DNA of 64,000 nucleotides from positions 352,098,001 to 352,162,000 of the forward strand of contig OZ024743.1 in assembly GCA_964016885.1 (NCBI GenBank). Reading direction: 5' to 3'. Below are positions 22,151 to 35,572 of the stretch, piece after piece. Position 1 is the first letter of the stretch, and each line of letters opens with the position of its first letter. The notes beneath the pieces were generated by a model. It was not told the origin of the DNA and did no database searches. It saw only the letters and a program-made list of their open reading frames with translations. Source of the stretch: Eledone cirrhosa (taxonomy: Eukaryota). The position numbers and the translations under genes are program-made.

Positions 22151-24411
22151 CTGGCGGAAAGAAATCCAATCCGCCGGCTAGGCGGTTCCGCCTCCGACCC
22201 GTACATTTACGAGTAGCTGCCGGGAAAGACAGACGGCAAGACGGCGGCGTGTATACGCGAAGTTCCCGACGCGACACGACGCCTTCCGTCTTCCGCCTCG
22301 AACCCGGCAAACGTTCCTTTATTCGTTCACGCCTACCCGCTTTGATCGCGGAAAGAAATCCATTCCGCCGGCTAGGCGGTTCCGCCGCCGACCCGTACAT
22401 TTACGAGTAGCTGCCGGGAAAGACAGACGGCAAGACGGCGGCGTGTATACGCGACGCGAGGCGAAGTTACAAGACGCGACACGACGCCTCCGTCTTCCGC
22501 CTAGAACCCGGCAAACGTTCCTTTATTCGTCCACGCCTTCCCGCTTCGATCGCGAGAAAGTAATCAATCCGCCGTCGAGGCGGTTCCGCCGCCGACCCGT
22601 AAGCTTACGGGTCGGCAGCGGGGAATACGACCGTCCAGGGCCTTTGCAGCACGGCCAGGGGGTCCTGTCTATTATATAGGGTAAGCTTGATCGGACGAGC
22701 TCGAAGAAAACGATTCCGGGTGCTACCCGTTGAGAGTCGTGAATATTCCGTTTTCAAGACGGGTACGTGCCGGCTTGCACTATGCTATGTCGGATGTCTC
22801 CGCCTCGACGACATGCCGTCTAGAACTCGTCCGCCCCGCCTGCACGTTAACGGCCGCCCTCCACCTCCGCTCCGTCTTCCGCCTCCGATGCGTGTTCCGC
22901 CGTTAATGCGTGCCCAGTTGGCCGCCTCCGACCCGTGTGGCTGCAGGGGAATCGAGCCGATGTCGACGCCCGGACGGCGGCGTGTTGTAGCTTGGTCGAC
23001 GCGACGACAACACGCCGCCAACTTGCTTCCTTCGGGGAGGCCCCGTGTAGACGGCGGAAAGAAATCCATTCCGCCGGCTAGGCGGTTCCGCCGCCGACCC
23101 GTACTTTTACGAGTAGCTGCCGGGAAAGACAGGCGGCAAGACGGCGTGTACACGCGACACGAAGCCTTCCGCCTCGTACCCGGTAAACGTTCCGCCGTTG
23201 ATGCGTGCCGAGTCAGCCGCGTCCGACCCGTGGTGGCTGCAGGGGAATCCAGACGAACGGCGAAGTGGTGTAGCTTCGCCGACGACACGCCGCCTTCTAT
23301 CTCTCTAGCCATTCTAGGTCCCGCATCGACAGCGGGACCGAAGCCAACCCGCCGACTAGGCGGTTCCGCAGCCGACCCGTGGCCGGCGGATCATCCTTGG
23401 GGGATTTGCAACGATTCCGGAGGATGCAGCACGGCCAGGGGGTCCTGTCTATTATAGAGGGTAAGCTTGATCGGACGAGCTCGAAGAAAACGATTCCGGG
23501 TGCTACCCGTTGAGAGTCGTGAATATTCCGTTTTCAAGACGGGTACGTGCCAGCTTACCCTATGCTATGTCGGATGTCTCCGCCTCGAACGACATGCCGT
23601 CCAGAACTCGTCCGCCCCGCCTGCACGTTAACGCCCGCGCTCCGCCTTCCCCCAGCGATGCGTGTTCCACCGTTAAGGCTTGCCCAGTTGGCCGCCTCCG
23701 ACCCGTGTGGCTGCAGGGGAATCCAGCCGATGACGACGCCCGGACGGCGGCGTGTTGTGACTTGGTCGACGCGACGACAACACGCTGCCAGCTAGCTTCC
23801 TTCGGGGAGGCCCCGTGTAGACGGCGGAAAGAAATCTATTCCGCCGGCCAGGCGGTTCCGCCGCCGACCCGTACATTTACGAGTAGCTGCCGGGAAAGAC
23901 AGACGGCAAGACGGCGTGTATACGCGAAGCGAGGCGAAGTTCCCCGACGCGACACGACGCCCTCCGTCTTCCGCCTCCGACCCGGCAAACGTTACTTCAT
24001 TTGTCCACGCCTTCCCGCTTCGATCGCGGAAAGAAATCCATTCCGCCGGCTAGGCGGTTCCGCCGCCGACCCGTACTTTTACGAGTAGCTGCCGGGAAAG
24101 ACAGGCGGCAAGACGGCGTGTATACGCGAAGCGAAGCGAAGTTCCCCGACGCGACAGGACGCCTTCCGTCTTCCGCCTCGAACCCGGCAAACGTTCCTTT
24201 ATTCGTTCACGCCTTCCCGCTTCGATCGCGGAAACAAAACCATTCCGCCGGCTAGGCGGTTCCGCCGCCGACCCGTACTTTTACGAGTAGCTGCCGGGAA
24301 AGACAGGCGGCAAGACGGCGTGTATACGCGAAGTTCCGCCACGCGACAGGATCCATTCCGTCTTCCGCCTCGAACCCGGCAAACGTTCCTTTATTCGTTC
24401 TCGCCTTGCCG
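22151..24411 (+). repeat. rDNA IGS subrepeats with two spacer promoters (22670; variant TATTATAGAGGG at 23450)
   Basis: Same modules as 5004-8803; ends abruptly at ...tcgccttgccg 24411. Confidence 0.9.
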
Positions 24412-25435
24412 AGTACTGACTTTAGAAAGTACATTGAAAAATCTTGGAAGAGATACCTTGACGACTGTTTCATCATCTGGACAGAATCTCTAGATACTCT
24501 GGATGAGTTCAATATCCTCCTGAATAACCTAGACTCATCTCTCCAATTCACAAAAGAGATGAGTAGGACCAAATTACCATTCCTAGATATAATGATAATC
24601 AAAAACGACACCACCATTACCACGGATATATATTATAAACACACAGACACCCATCAATATCTGAATTTTATGTCGTGCCATCCACCTCATACAAAACGCA
24701 ACATCCCATACTGCCTAGCCAGAAGAATTTGTACCATTGTAGAAGATACGAATACCAAGTACAAACGCCTAACAGAACTAAGAGAATTTTTGCTCAAACA
24801 AAAATACCCATCTCTACTTATAGAAAATGGCATACAGCGGGCTATAAAAATACCTATACAACAACTTAGAACAACCCAAGGAAGAAGAAACCAAGAACTG
24901 GTCAGACCATTTATAATGACACACAACCCATGTCACCAGAATATATTCAACACTGCCAAAGCAAACCTACCGATCATTGCTCAAAGTAATGAATTAAAAG
25001 GCTTAATCACAGATCGATCTTTGACTCTTAGTAAAAGACAGAGAAAAAATTTGAAGCAATGATAATCGATGCGGCACATGTCAATCCAAACAGGCCGGTC
25101 AATATATGAAAACAAAAACTGGAAAAATATTCCCAAATGCAATTATGAACTGCAAAAGCAGAAATCTAATTTACTGCATTAAATGCCCGAATTGTGAAGA
25201 ACTATATGTCGGTCAAACTGGAAATGCACTATCGGAACGTGCACGGGTACACCGTCAACAAATCAGAGACCCAAATGTCCGTCAGATACCCCTAAGCGGC
25301 CACCTGGCAACATGTGGTCAGGGAATATTTATAATATTCCCATTCTACAAATTACACAGCCCAAGTGAAATCAAGAGAAAAATCAAAGAAAATAATTTTA
25401 TTGATAAATTCAAACCCAAGCTAAATGAACAATAA
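24412..25435 (+). pseudogene. Penelope-like element RT (YLDD motif, thumb) plus GIY-YIG endonuclease, downstream piece, with an internal break near 25060
   Basis: WKRYLDDCFIIW, LPFLDI, IYYKHTDTHQYLNFMSCHP, KRQRKNLK; then RCGTC...NCKSRNLIYCIKCPNCEELYVGQTG...RARVHR (GIY-YIG with Cys linker, Neptune-like). Confidence 0.93.
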
Positions 25436-25770
25436 TAACGCCTAGGGATATTATTTCTACTACCACTATGACCACGACCACTAACAACAACCACAACAAC
25501 AATAATAATAATAATAAAAGTGATGTTGATGGTGATGATTAATAGAAAATGCTATTTTCATCATTTCAAAAAGCAAAACAATTGATACGTTGGGTATGAC
25601 TATTGGTCGTTAGCATGCTCAACCAGCCGTGACGCTTAAACCAATCAGCTGTAGTAATTCAGTGAAACTACACACTGATTGGTCGAAATACAGTTTACAG
25701 GGCTTTGCATTCCGGGGCCACTTTTCTCTGTATAAAATGTATAAAAGGTAGTAAATTTACCCATCTCATT

Positions 25771-26020
25771 ACAGTTGAAAATTGCAAACTCGACTGTCAC
25801 CACATATCATGAACCTGAAGATTGCGAAAGCATGAAAGTACTTGTTCAATTAACACTTAGAATTTAATATTCTATCATACTATTTCATTATAATACCATA
25901 TTATATTATATATATTTTAAAGGATTGTAAATAAAACGAGTAAATCAGACAAAGTTGGAATTCCTCTTATTAATATAATCTTCTATACACAATCATACAC
26001 ACCCGTGTATATTTACCTAT
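25771..26020. repeat. ~240-bp dispersed repeat, second copy at ~28966-29205
   Basis: acagttgaaa.ttgcaaact.gactgtcaccaca...aatcatacacacccgtgtatattta occurs on both sides of the RTE element. Confidence 0.8.
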
Positions 26021-26744
26021 CTATATCTATATATATATATAGAGAGATTTATATATATGCATACATACACACAAGCACACACACACACACACATTTGCAA
26101 CTCTGCAGCACGTTTATTCTTATATTTACACATATTTTTTCTCCCGCTATGACCCGTCTATTTCGTTCTTACTGCTTCCTCTTTCTCTGTTCTTTACCCT
26201 CTCTAACAGTTACTCTCTCTGTTAGCCTCTTCCTCACCCTTCACTCACTCACTCTCTGTTACTACCTCTCCTCCTCCTCCTTCTTCCCGTTTGACCTGTG
26301 CGTAATTCTTTTCTTTCGCACGCTTGGTCAGGCTGGTTGGCATTTTTTCTCTCTCTCGTCTACGATTTCACAGAACTTATGTTTACCGAATTCACAGACT
26401 AGACCCCTTCTTCCTCCCGTTAGACCTGTGCTAAATTCCTTCCTTGCTCACATTTCAACCAGGTTTGGTGGTCTTTATTCTCTCTCGTTCACGATTTCAC
26501 AGAACTTATATTCATGGAAATTTTTGGACTTGACTCGCTCTTCCTCACTTTTCGTTGCTTCACCATCTTTGTTTGTTTACACTCTCGCTGTTCCCTTTAT
26601 TTACATGTCCCAACGACTTTCTTTTGCTGTTGTTCGCACCAACCGGAGGTATATGGTCTTTAAAGTGAAGAAATACCGATGATGGTTGGAAGATCACTGA
26701 TGAAGGGCCACTTTATTCATATATATATATATATGTGTGTGTGT

Positions 26745-28447
26745 GTGTTCCACATTGCAAGGCAGTGTGTCAATGCAAATCAGGATGTTGTTGGAGATAA
26801 ATGTGTCCGGGATGATGCCGGTGTACTTAGTGTCACAAATGATCAGAAAAAGGAGGCCTGGAAATGTCATTATGAGAGACTGATGAATGTGGAGAACGAA
26901 TGGGAGAGAGAGAAATTACCCTTAGTAGATCCAACAGAGGGACCAGCTATTGAGATTGACGAATATAGGGTTCAAGAGGCGATTAAGGAAATGAAAAATG
27001 GTAAGGCTGCTGGACCATCGGGAATAGTTGCTGAGATGCTGAAGGCATCAGGGGACGTAGGCACTAAACTGGTTGCACACATCATCAATCAGGCTATATA
27101 TGGTGTTGTCATACCCAAGGACTGGTGCAGCAGTATTCTCATAAATTGCTACAAAGGTAAAGGGGATGCTCGGGAGAGGAGCAATTATAGGGGTATAAAA
27201 CTGATGGATCAGGTTATGAAAGTGGCAGAAAGGATATTAGCACAACTAATTAGAGAAAGGGTCAAACTAGATGAGATGCAGTTTGGTTTTGTGCGTGGGA
27301 AGAGTACAACAGATGCCCTCTTCTTGGTGAGACAATTGCAAAAGAGGTTCTTAGAGAAAAATAAGCCACTATACTTAGCCTTTGTTGACCTAGAGAAGGC
27401 CTTTGATAGGGTAGCCCGATCTGTCATCTGGTGGTCCCTAAGGAAGCTAGGTGTTGAGGAATGGCTTGTGAGGACAGTGCAAACTTTGTACAGAGGTACT
27501 CTCAGTAAAGTCAGGGTAGGAATGGAGTTTAATGAGGAATTCCAGATACAAGTATGAGTACATCAAGGTTCGGTCCTCAGCCCGCTCTTGTTCATTATAG
27601 TCCTCCAAGCCATAACAGAGGAGTTTAAGACTGGCTGTCCATGGGAACTTCTCTATGCTGACGATCTGGTTCTTATAGCAGAATCAGTAGAGGAGCTAGA
27701 GAATAAATTCTGACTATGGAAACAGGAGTTGGAAGCAAGAGGACTGAGAGTGAACCTAGCTAAGACAAAAGTGATGATGAGTAGAAAAGAAGACAAAACT
27801 CTGATTCCGTCAGGGAAATGGCCATGTTCGATATGCAGAAAAGGAACTGGCATAAATTCTATAAAATGCACACAATGCAGATCCTGGGTACACAAGAGAT
27901 GTAGCGGGATAGCAGGCAAACTAACAGGTAGGGAGAAATATGTATGCAGTAGATGTACAGGGAAATTAGACACTAGAAGTCGCATTGATAGACACATTTT
28001 TCAAATGCAGGAGGGCGCTATAGAAGTGGTGGATAGCTTCCGGGACCTAGGAGATCAGATTAGCATGGGAGGAAGGTGTTCCGAGGCCATAGTATCAAGA
28101 ATAAGGACGGGTTGGAAGAAGTTTAGGGAGCAGCTTCCTCTGCTGACGAAGAAGTGGTTCTCCCTGCGTACGAAAGGCCGGTTGTATGATGACTGTGTGA
28201 GGAGCGTGATGCTGCATGGTAGTGAGACACGGGCAGCAACTGCAGAGGATATGCGACGGCTGGAGAGAAATGAAGCAAGCATGCTCCATTGGATGTGCAG
28301 TGTAAATGTGCGTGAATGACCCAGCATAAATGTGTTGAGAGAGAAACTGTGGTCTGATAGGGATAGAATGTAGTGTACAGGAGAGGAGACTGAGGTGGTA
28401 TGGACATGTGATGCGCATGGAGAATGACCGATGGGTGAAGAAGTGCG
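26745..28447 (+). mobile_element. 5'-truncated RTE-clade LINE, RT with PHD-like Cys motif, inactivated by stops
   Basis: GKAAGPSG, NYRGIKL, QFGF, AFVDLEKAFDRV, HQGSVLSP, LYADDL, CSICRKG...CTQCRSWVHKRC; stops at 27555 and 27711; embedded in TA/TG microsatellite. Confidence 0.92.
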
Positions 28448-28880
<433 letters not shown>

Positions 28881-29205
28881 CAACCAGTAAGACCCCGACG
28901 GCTGAGCTCAAGCCGTTTCGACGGCTAATTCATAATTGTGGTGACAGTCAAGTTTGCAATTTTCAACAGTTGAAAGTTGCAAACTTGACTGTCACCACAC
29001 ATTATGAACCTGAAAATTGCGAAAGCATGGAAGTACTTGTTCAATTAACACTTAACATTTAATATTCTACCATACTATTTCATTCTAATACCATTATAAA
29101 TTTTAAAGGATTGTAAATAAAACGAGTAAATCAGACGAAGTTGGAATTCCTTTTATTAATATAATCTTCTATACTCAATCATACACACCCGTGTATATTT
29201 ATCTA

Positions 29206-30177
<972 letters not shown>

Positions 30178-30520
30178 AAAGTTCTATTTAAATTGTTGGG
30201 ATACAACAAGCAAATATTTTTATAACTGATATAAAGCACTCAACAAATAATTAGAGTAAAAATACGATATTAACAAATGGAAACTATATTTATAAAACCA
30301 TATTTATTTCATTATACATATTTCAAGGACACCAAGTTAAATTATGGTGTGCTTTCATCAGATAAAATATAATATAGAGCAGTTTTATAAATAAATATTG
30401 ACATACTCTTAAAGAATGCAACCATTATTATTGGAAGCTCCCGGATAGTGGAGTTATATCTTTAATTATACTATTAGGTAAGTTAGTATTGGATATTTTT
30501 AAATAAGCCGTTGGGTTACG

Positions 30521-30583
30521 GAGAAAGAGAAAGAGAGAGAGAGAGAGCAGAACAACAGAGAGTAAAAGAGAGAGAGAGAGAGG

Positions 30584-30638
<55 letters not shown>

Positions 30639-30657
30639 AAGAGACAGGAGAGAGAGC
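30521..30657. repeat. (GA)n microsatellite
   Basis: Direct reading. Confidence 0.95.
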
Positions 30658-31020
30658 GAAAACTCTAAGTCATATCTTGTTGAGTTATCTTGACATTTGA
30701 GATGAAATGAATAAATAAAATTAGAAATGTTAATAATCATGAATGGAAGATACATATATAATATGAGAAATTTAACCATTGTTTAAATATGATTAAATGT
30801 TTAGTTAGTCAGTTAAAATATTGAGATCAATACATTAAAAATTGAGATCTATATATTAAGAAATCTATATATTATTATTAAGACTATATTATTAAAAATC
30901 TATATATTATATAACACATGCACACGCAAAAATTATTACTAACAATTTTAACTATTTTAACAATTTTAACTATTTTAACAATTTATCAACTATAATAGAA
31001 AACCTTACAATAATTCCGAA

Positions 31021-31221
31021 AACAAAAAAAGAAATAGAACTAGGAACATATTATGGTTCGCTCCTCCTTTCTCATTAAATATTAAAACCCCTATTGCTAA
31101 ACTATTTTTTAAAGCTCTTGACAAATGCTTCCCTAGAACACATAGATATTATTCAATCTTTAATAGACGTACAATAAAATTAACTTATTCTTCCACCAAA
31201 AACTTAGTGCAAAATATTATT
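31021..31221 (+). pseudogene. Penelope-like element linker fragment
   Basis: Manual translation NKKRNRTRNILWFAPPFSLNIKTPIAKLFFKALDKCFPRTHRYYSIFNRRTIKLTYSSTKNL matches the PLE RxRNIIWFNPPFS...IFNRNTxKxSYS region. Confidence 0.75.
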
Positions 31222-34000
31222 CGAAGTTCGTAGATGTTGTCGGAGAGATGCGACATTCAAATGTTGTCTGGACTGATGTTAGACCTCTGCCTCCCTTCTT
31301 ACGTTTCAAGTAAAGGCGGTCTATGTCAATGTTGATGTGGAAGTTTCCGGTGTTGTTCAGTATTTTTCGAGTTCTAACATCAACTGCTCGGATTTCGTCT
31401 ATCGTCCAATTGAGTATTCCAAACGTTGGTGTTAGGACAGGCACAGCAAACACATTGTGAGCCACTGTTTTGTTTTGCGCAGAGAGTTCCGATGACCAGA
31501 TCTTTCTTAATCGGGTGTAGTATTCCCTGGTTACGCGTTCTTTATTACAGATACATTTAATGGATATGTTCTCATCTATACCCAGGTATCTGTAGCAGTC
31601 CTCATCAGATATCGGTGAAACAGTTAGACCACTGATGACAATGTTGCTAGATTGGGTTGTTGTTTTTCCCCACTTTACAGTCATGTATGAGCATTTATCT
31701 TGGCCAAACTCCATTCCTATATCCTTTGAGAACGTTGTAACCAGGTCAAGATTTTTCTTCATCCCATCCATGTTCTTGGCAAAGAGTTTCAGATCGTCCA
31801 CAAAGAAGTTATGGGTTAGGTTCGTATTTCTGTCCTCCTGTGAGCCAATGATGTATCCCTCACATTTCTTGAGCAGATAGGACAAGGGGTTTAATGACAA
31901 GATGAACAATATCACAGAGAGACTGTCCGCCTGAAATATACCCCTGCAATATTTTATTTTATCAGTGAAAATAGAGTCCTCCCTCTCTGTCTTTAACCTT
32001 AGGATAGTAGCCCAAGAAGAAGACAGCCTCTCTATGGCTCTGATAATAATGTCTGGGACTTTAGCAAGTTGGAGGGCCTCTATCATCCAAGAGTGGGGAA
32101 CAGAATCGAAAGCTTTCCTGTAGTCCAGCCAGACTGTTGTCATATTCCTCCTAAGTTGTCGCACCTCCGACATCGCAGTTTTGTTGATTAGGAGTTGTTC
32201 AGCACATCCCCAAACCCTTTTCTTTCCAGCTGCTTGTTCATCTGTGATGATGTTATTATTTTCACAGTGATCTTGGAGGAATAGGTTCAGGCAGGCTGTA
32301 TACATCTTATACATCAGGTTCTGGCATGCAATGGGTCGGTAGTTTTTTTGCCAAGTGGGTGTCTTTGTTCTTGGGGACCAGTAACGTTTGTGCTAATGTC
32401 AACCATTCTGGTATAAGTGTATCTCCCTTAAGAGCTTGTTGGTAGAGGTCAGTAAGATACCTCCGATAGAAAATTAGTTTTTTGTACCAGTAGCCGACAA
32501 TCATGTCTCTTCCTGGTGTTTTCTTATCTTGGAGTTTTCCTATCACAGTCTCAAGGGTACCCTCACTTATTTCGTATGTTTTTGTTGTAGTGTAGGAGCA
32601 ATAGTTCTTTCGGATTTCTCTTAGCCACACTGCATCTTGGTTGAAATTCTTCTTTTCACCCCATATTTTTCTCCAAAAGGAATCTATGTCTTTCTTGGAA
32701 TCTATGTCTTTCTTTCTCAGCGACACTTATTATTTTGCCTTTCATATCTCTATAGACTGATGTTTGGTTTCGTCTGAATCTTTTATTAAGCATTTTCCTC
32801 TCATCTACCTTCTTCAGGTATCAGCGTTTTTCGCTAACAGCTCTCAATTCTTCTTTGAGGGTGATCAGCCTATATTGGAGAGTTCTGGTTCTACTGTTAC
32901 CAAACATCGTCTCTATTTTATTTTTCACTCTTTGTTGGTGAGGAGTGAGGTTTTTTGTGTTTGTTTGCATGTAAGGAGCATTGTCACATACATGTCCTAT
33001 GTTTTTTCGTAGGTCAGCACTCTTTTTTTATTTTAGTTATATATGATGGTATTTTTGGTGGTGTTTTGTTCTTGTTAATATCTCTGCTATCACCAAGATA
33101 AAGCTTCACTGTCATTGCTAAGGCATATAAACAGGCGTTGATTTGCCAAAATGTTGGGGTTTTTATCCGTCGTAAATATTCATCCACTATTTCGTCAATA
33201 ACACGTAGTATTTCATTATTTGGTTTTTTATTCACAATTGTCATTTTAACACGTTCAGCAAGAGAGATATTTATACATGAGTTAATTTCTCTCTGGAAGA
33301 TTTCGTTGAGGGAAATTTTCAATTGTTTATACTTTTGATTATCATTATCGATAGTATTTTCCACAACAGTCGAGGTAGACTCGGATGGTATACGTGGTGT
33401 CACATTTATTCGATTATTATTATTATTATCGATAGTGTTTTCCCCAGAATTCGAAGTAGACTTAGATGGTACAGGTGGTGTCAAGTTTCTTACAGGCATA
33501 GGTGTTTCAAGGCGCTGTTCGCCCTGGCTGCTAGGAAGTCTAGTAGCATGGTGATCTGTATCATGTGTTGTTGATTCCATGTTTGTTGTGGGGGATTTAC
33601 GATTAATAATATTTATCTTATTTTTACGTTCAACAAACGTCGCTTGTTGGCGTAATTGTTTCGATGTGAAATAATTTAGCTCTGGGTGCATTTCGTCCCA
33701 GTGTAGCTTCATTCTATTCATATAGCCAACTGAGGGATTGTTTTTTGCCATTTTATAACAATTAAATAAATCATTATTAAGTTCGCAACTCCAAGAGAAA
33801 TGCGTTTTATAATTTCGGTTTCTTCTGTAGCTACAACTGAATACAGTTTGATTACCTTCTTTGTTATTTGTCTTCGATACTTCCTTATTTTTTTGTTGAT
33901 GTGTTCAGCCATGCTGTTTGTAGAAAATCCTTGTAAAATGAATTATGTATTTAGTCGGATTTCTCTACGAATTCGAATAAAAGTTGTCTTCAGAAGGGAT
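31222..34000 (-). mobile_element. non-LTR retrotransposon of the RLE group (R4/Dong/NeSL-like), frameshifted and 3'-truncated
   Basis: KTPGRD, EQAAGKKRVWGCAEQLLINK, WLDYRKAFDSVPHSW, RGIFQADSLS, FFVDDLK, RLYLKRKKGGRGL in several broken ORFs; no endonuclease domain seen. Confidence 0.85.
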
Positions 34001-34117
34001 AGTTAGAAGAATAACCAGTTATTCAACCGGGCTGTAGTTGTGGCATTATTGTCGGAGATAGTATTCATCTTAAATTTAATAAATAGTCTCCCACGCCAAA
34101 ATATGCGACTGATCGCG

Positions 34118-34318
<201 letters not shown>

Positions 34319-34654
34319 TTCTGGCTCGTTAATTTAATAACCTGCCATAGAACCACATTGGCATACGGTTGGATAATACATGTGTCCCTATATGCATTTT
34401 TTGCATGTAGGAAAACATACTTTATTATTATTAATTTCCTCTGGTCGAGATAACATTTTGGTCGTTTTAACTGCTGCTATTTCTAGTGGCAGTACATTGA
34501 CCTTTCCGCCCTTGCCTTCTATCTTTATACACGACACTGTGTGTAAAGAAAAGATGTACATCTACCTATGTTAGCTGGGGTTTCCCCTATCTTGTTCGGC
34601 AAGTGGGGAAAAGGAAGATGTTGCAGCCACCCCGGGTCATTAGGGGTTTTGAGG

Positions 34655-35240
34655 GCGAAGTAAGTCCTACGCAATCGATGTTTACATGCTGTTACAAGTT
34701 CTTCTTTTTTGTTTAGGGGTTGGTCCTTCGTAAACAGCATTTGTAATGTTTCCTCCGAGCATAAGTTACACGGACGGCGTCCTCTCGTGTAGGAGTTAGC
34801 CCCGGACAATAAAGTTGTAGGGTGATTTTAAATCCCCAGTCCTGGAAGAAGTTGATTAGTTGTTTACTGACCCGGTTTGTACTACTGGGGTTGTACCCTT
34901 TGAGGGTAAGGAGCCCATCGTCTCGGTACAATCCACCGCCGAATGCAGGAAACATTTCGGTGAGTTTATGTAGTAGGAATAATTCTATAAGATCGGTCAC
35001 GTTGGCCGAGTCGGTCACGCCCATACTGACGTCGAAGGGGGAGTCGGGAGCTCTCTTTATCCATTTGGAGTTGTCGAAAAGAAGGACTGTCTTCCTGGCG
35101 TGGAGAATGATGTTTCTTTCTTGGTCGTTTTACTTAACTTTTGGTATAACGTGGTCTAGGATCTGTTTACTGATTCTCCCTATGTCCGACTTCGTCGTTT
35201 TCCTCATCAGTTGTCTACTGGGGGTCTCGGATATTTCTAC
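34655..35240 (-). pseudogene. internally deleted Penelope-like element (RT motifs B'/C fused to C-terminal tail)
   Basis: MGVTDSANVTDLIELFLL...GGLYRDDGL and YTRGRRPCNLCSEE...LNKKEELVTACKHR. Confidence 0.8.
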
Positions 35241-35249
35241 GCTTTAAAG

Positions 35250-35572
35250 ACAAGATATTTATCCTCAGGGTGTCAATAACTGGATAAGTTATTATTATTG
35301 AATCTGAGAGAATCAGTTTTTATCCATGGACAGTTATATATTGGTTGTTCACGAGTGGGAACATCTAGAAATCTTCATATACTTTGCACAAACGGCAAAA
35401 CAAAGAATCTGGCGTATTTGGAAGTTTTTTTACTTTTTTTTTTGTCACACAGACACATCACGGTTTCGCCTCATACTGTAAACCAGACAACGCATCCAAT
35501 ACAGTCGTTTTCTCTTCTACTTGTCTTCTCTTATTAACTGTTCAGCCGGGCGAAGCCGGGTACCTCATCTAG
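35250..35572 (+). mobile_element. Helitron 3' end (Pif1 helicase C-terminus, hairpin, CTAG)
   Basis: LNLRESVFIHGQLYIGCSRVG...KTKNLAYLEV; GC-rich ccgggcgaagccggg (35546-60) then ctag (35569-72) followed by T. Confidence 0.85.

Noticed and set aside
5141-24255. Dozens of Arg/Pro/Ala-rich ORFs on both strands (and their copies at 45250-63493)
   Set aside because: They overlap rRNA genes and GC-rich IGS repeats, have no recognisable domains and arise from low stop-codon frequency.
31222-34000. RLE-group LINE as the autonomous partner of the R2-site insert
   Set aside because: It is frameshifted, lacks its endonuclease end, is not in 28S, resembles R4/Dong/NeSL rather than R2, and shares no visible terminal sequence with the insert.
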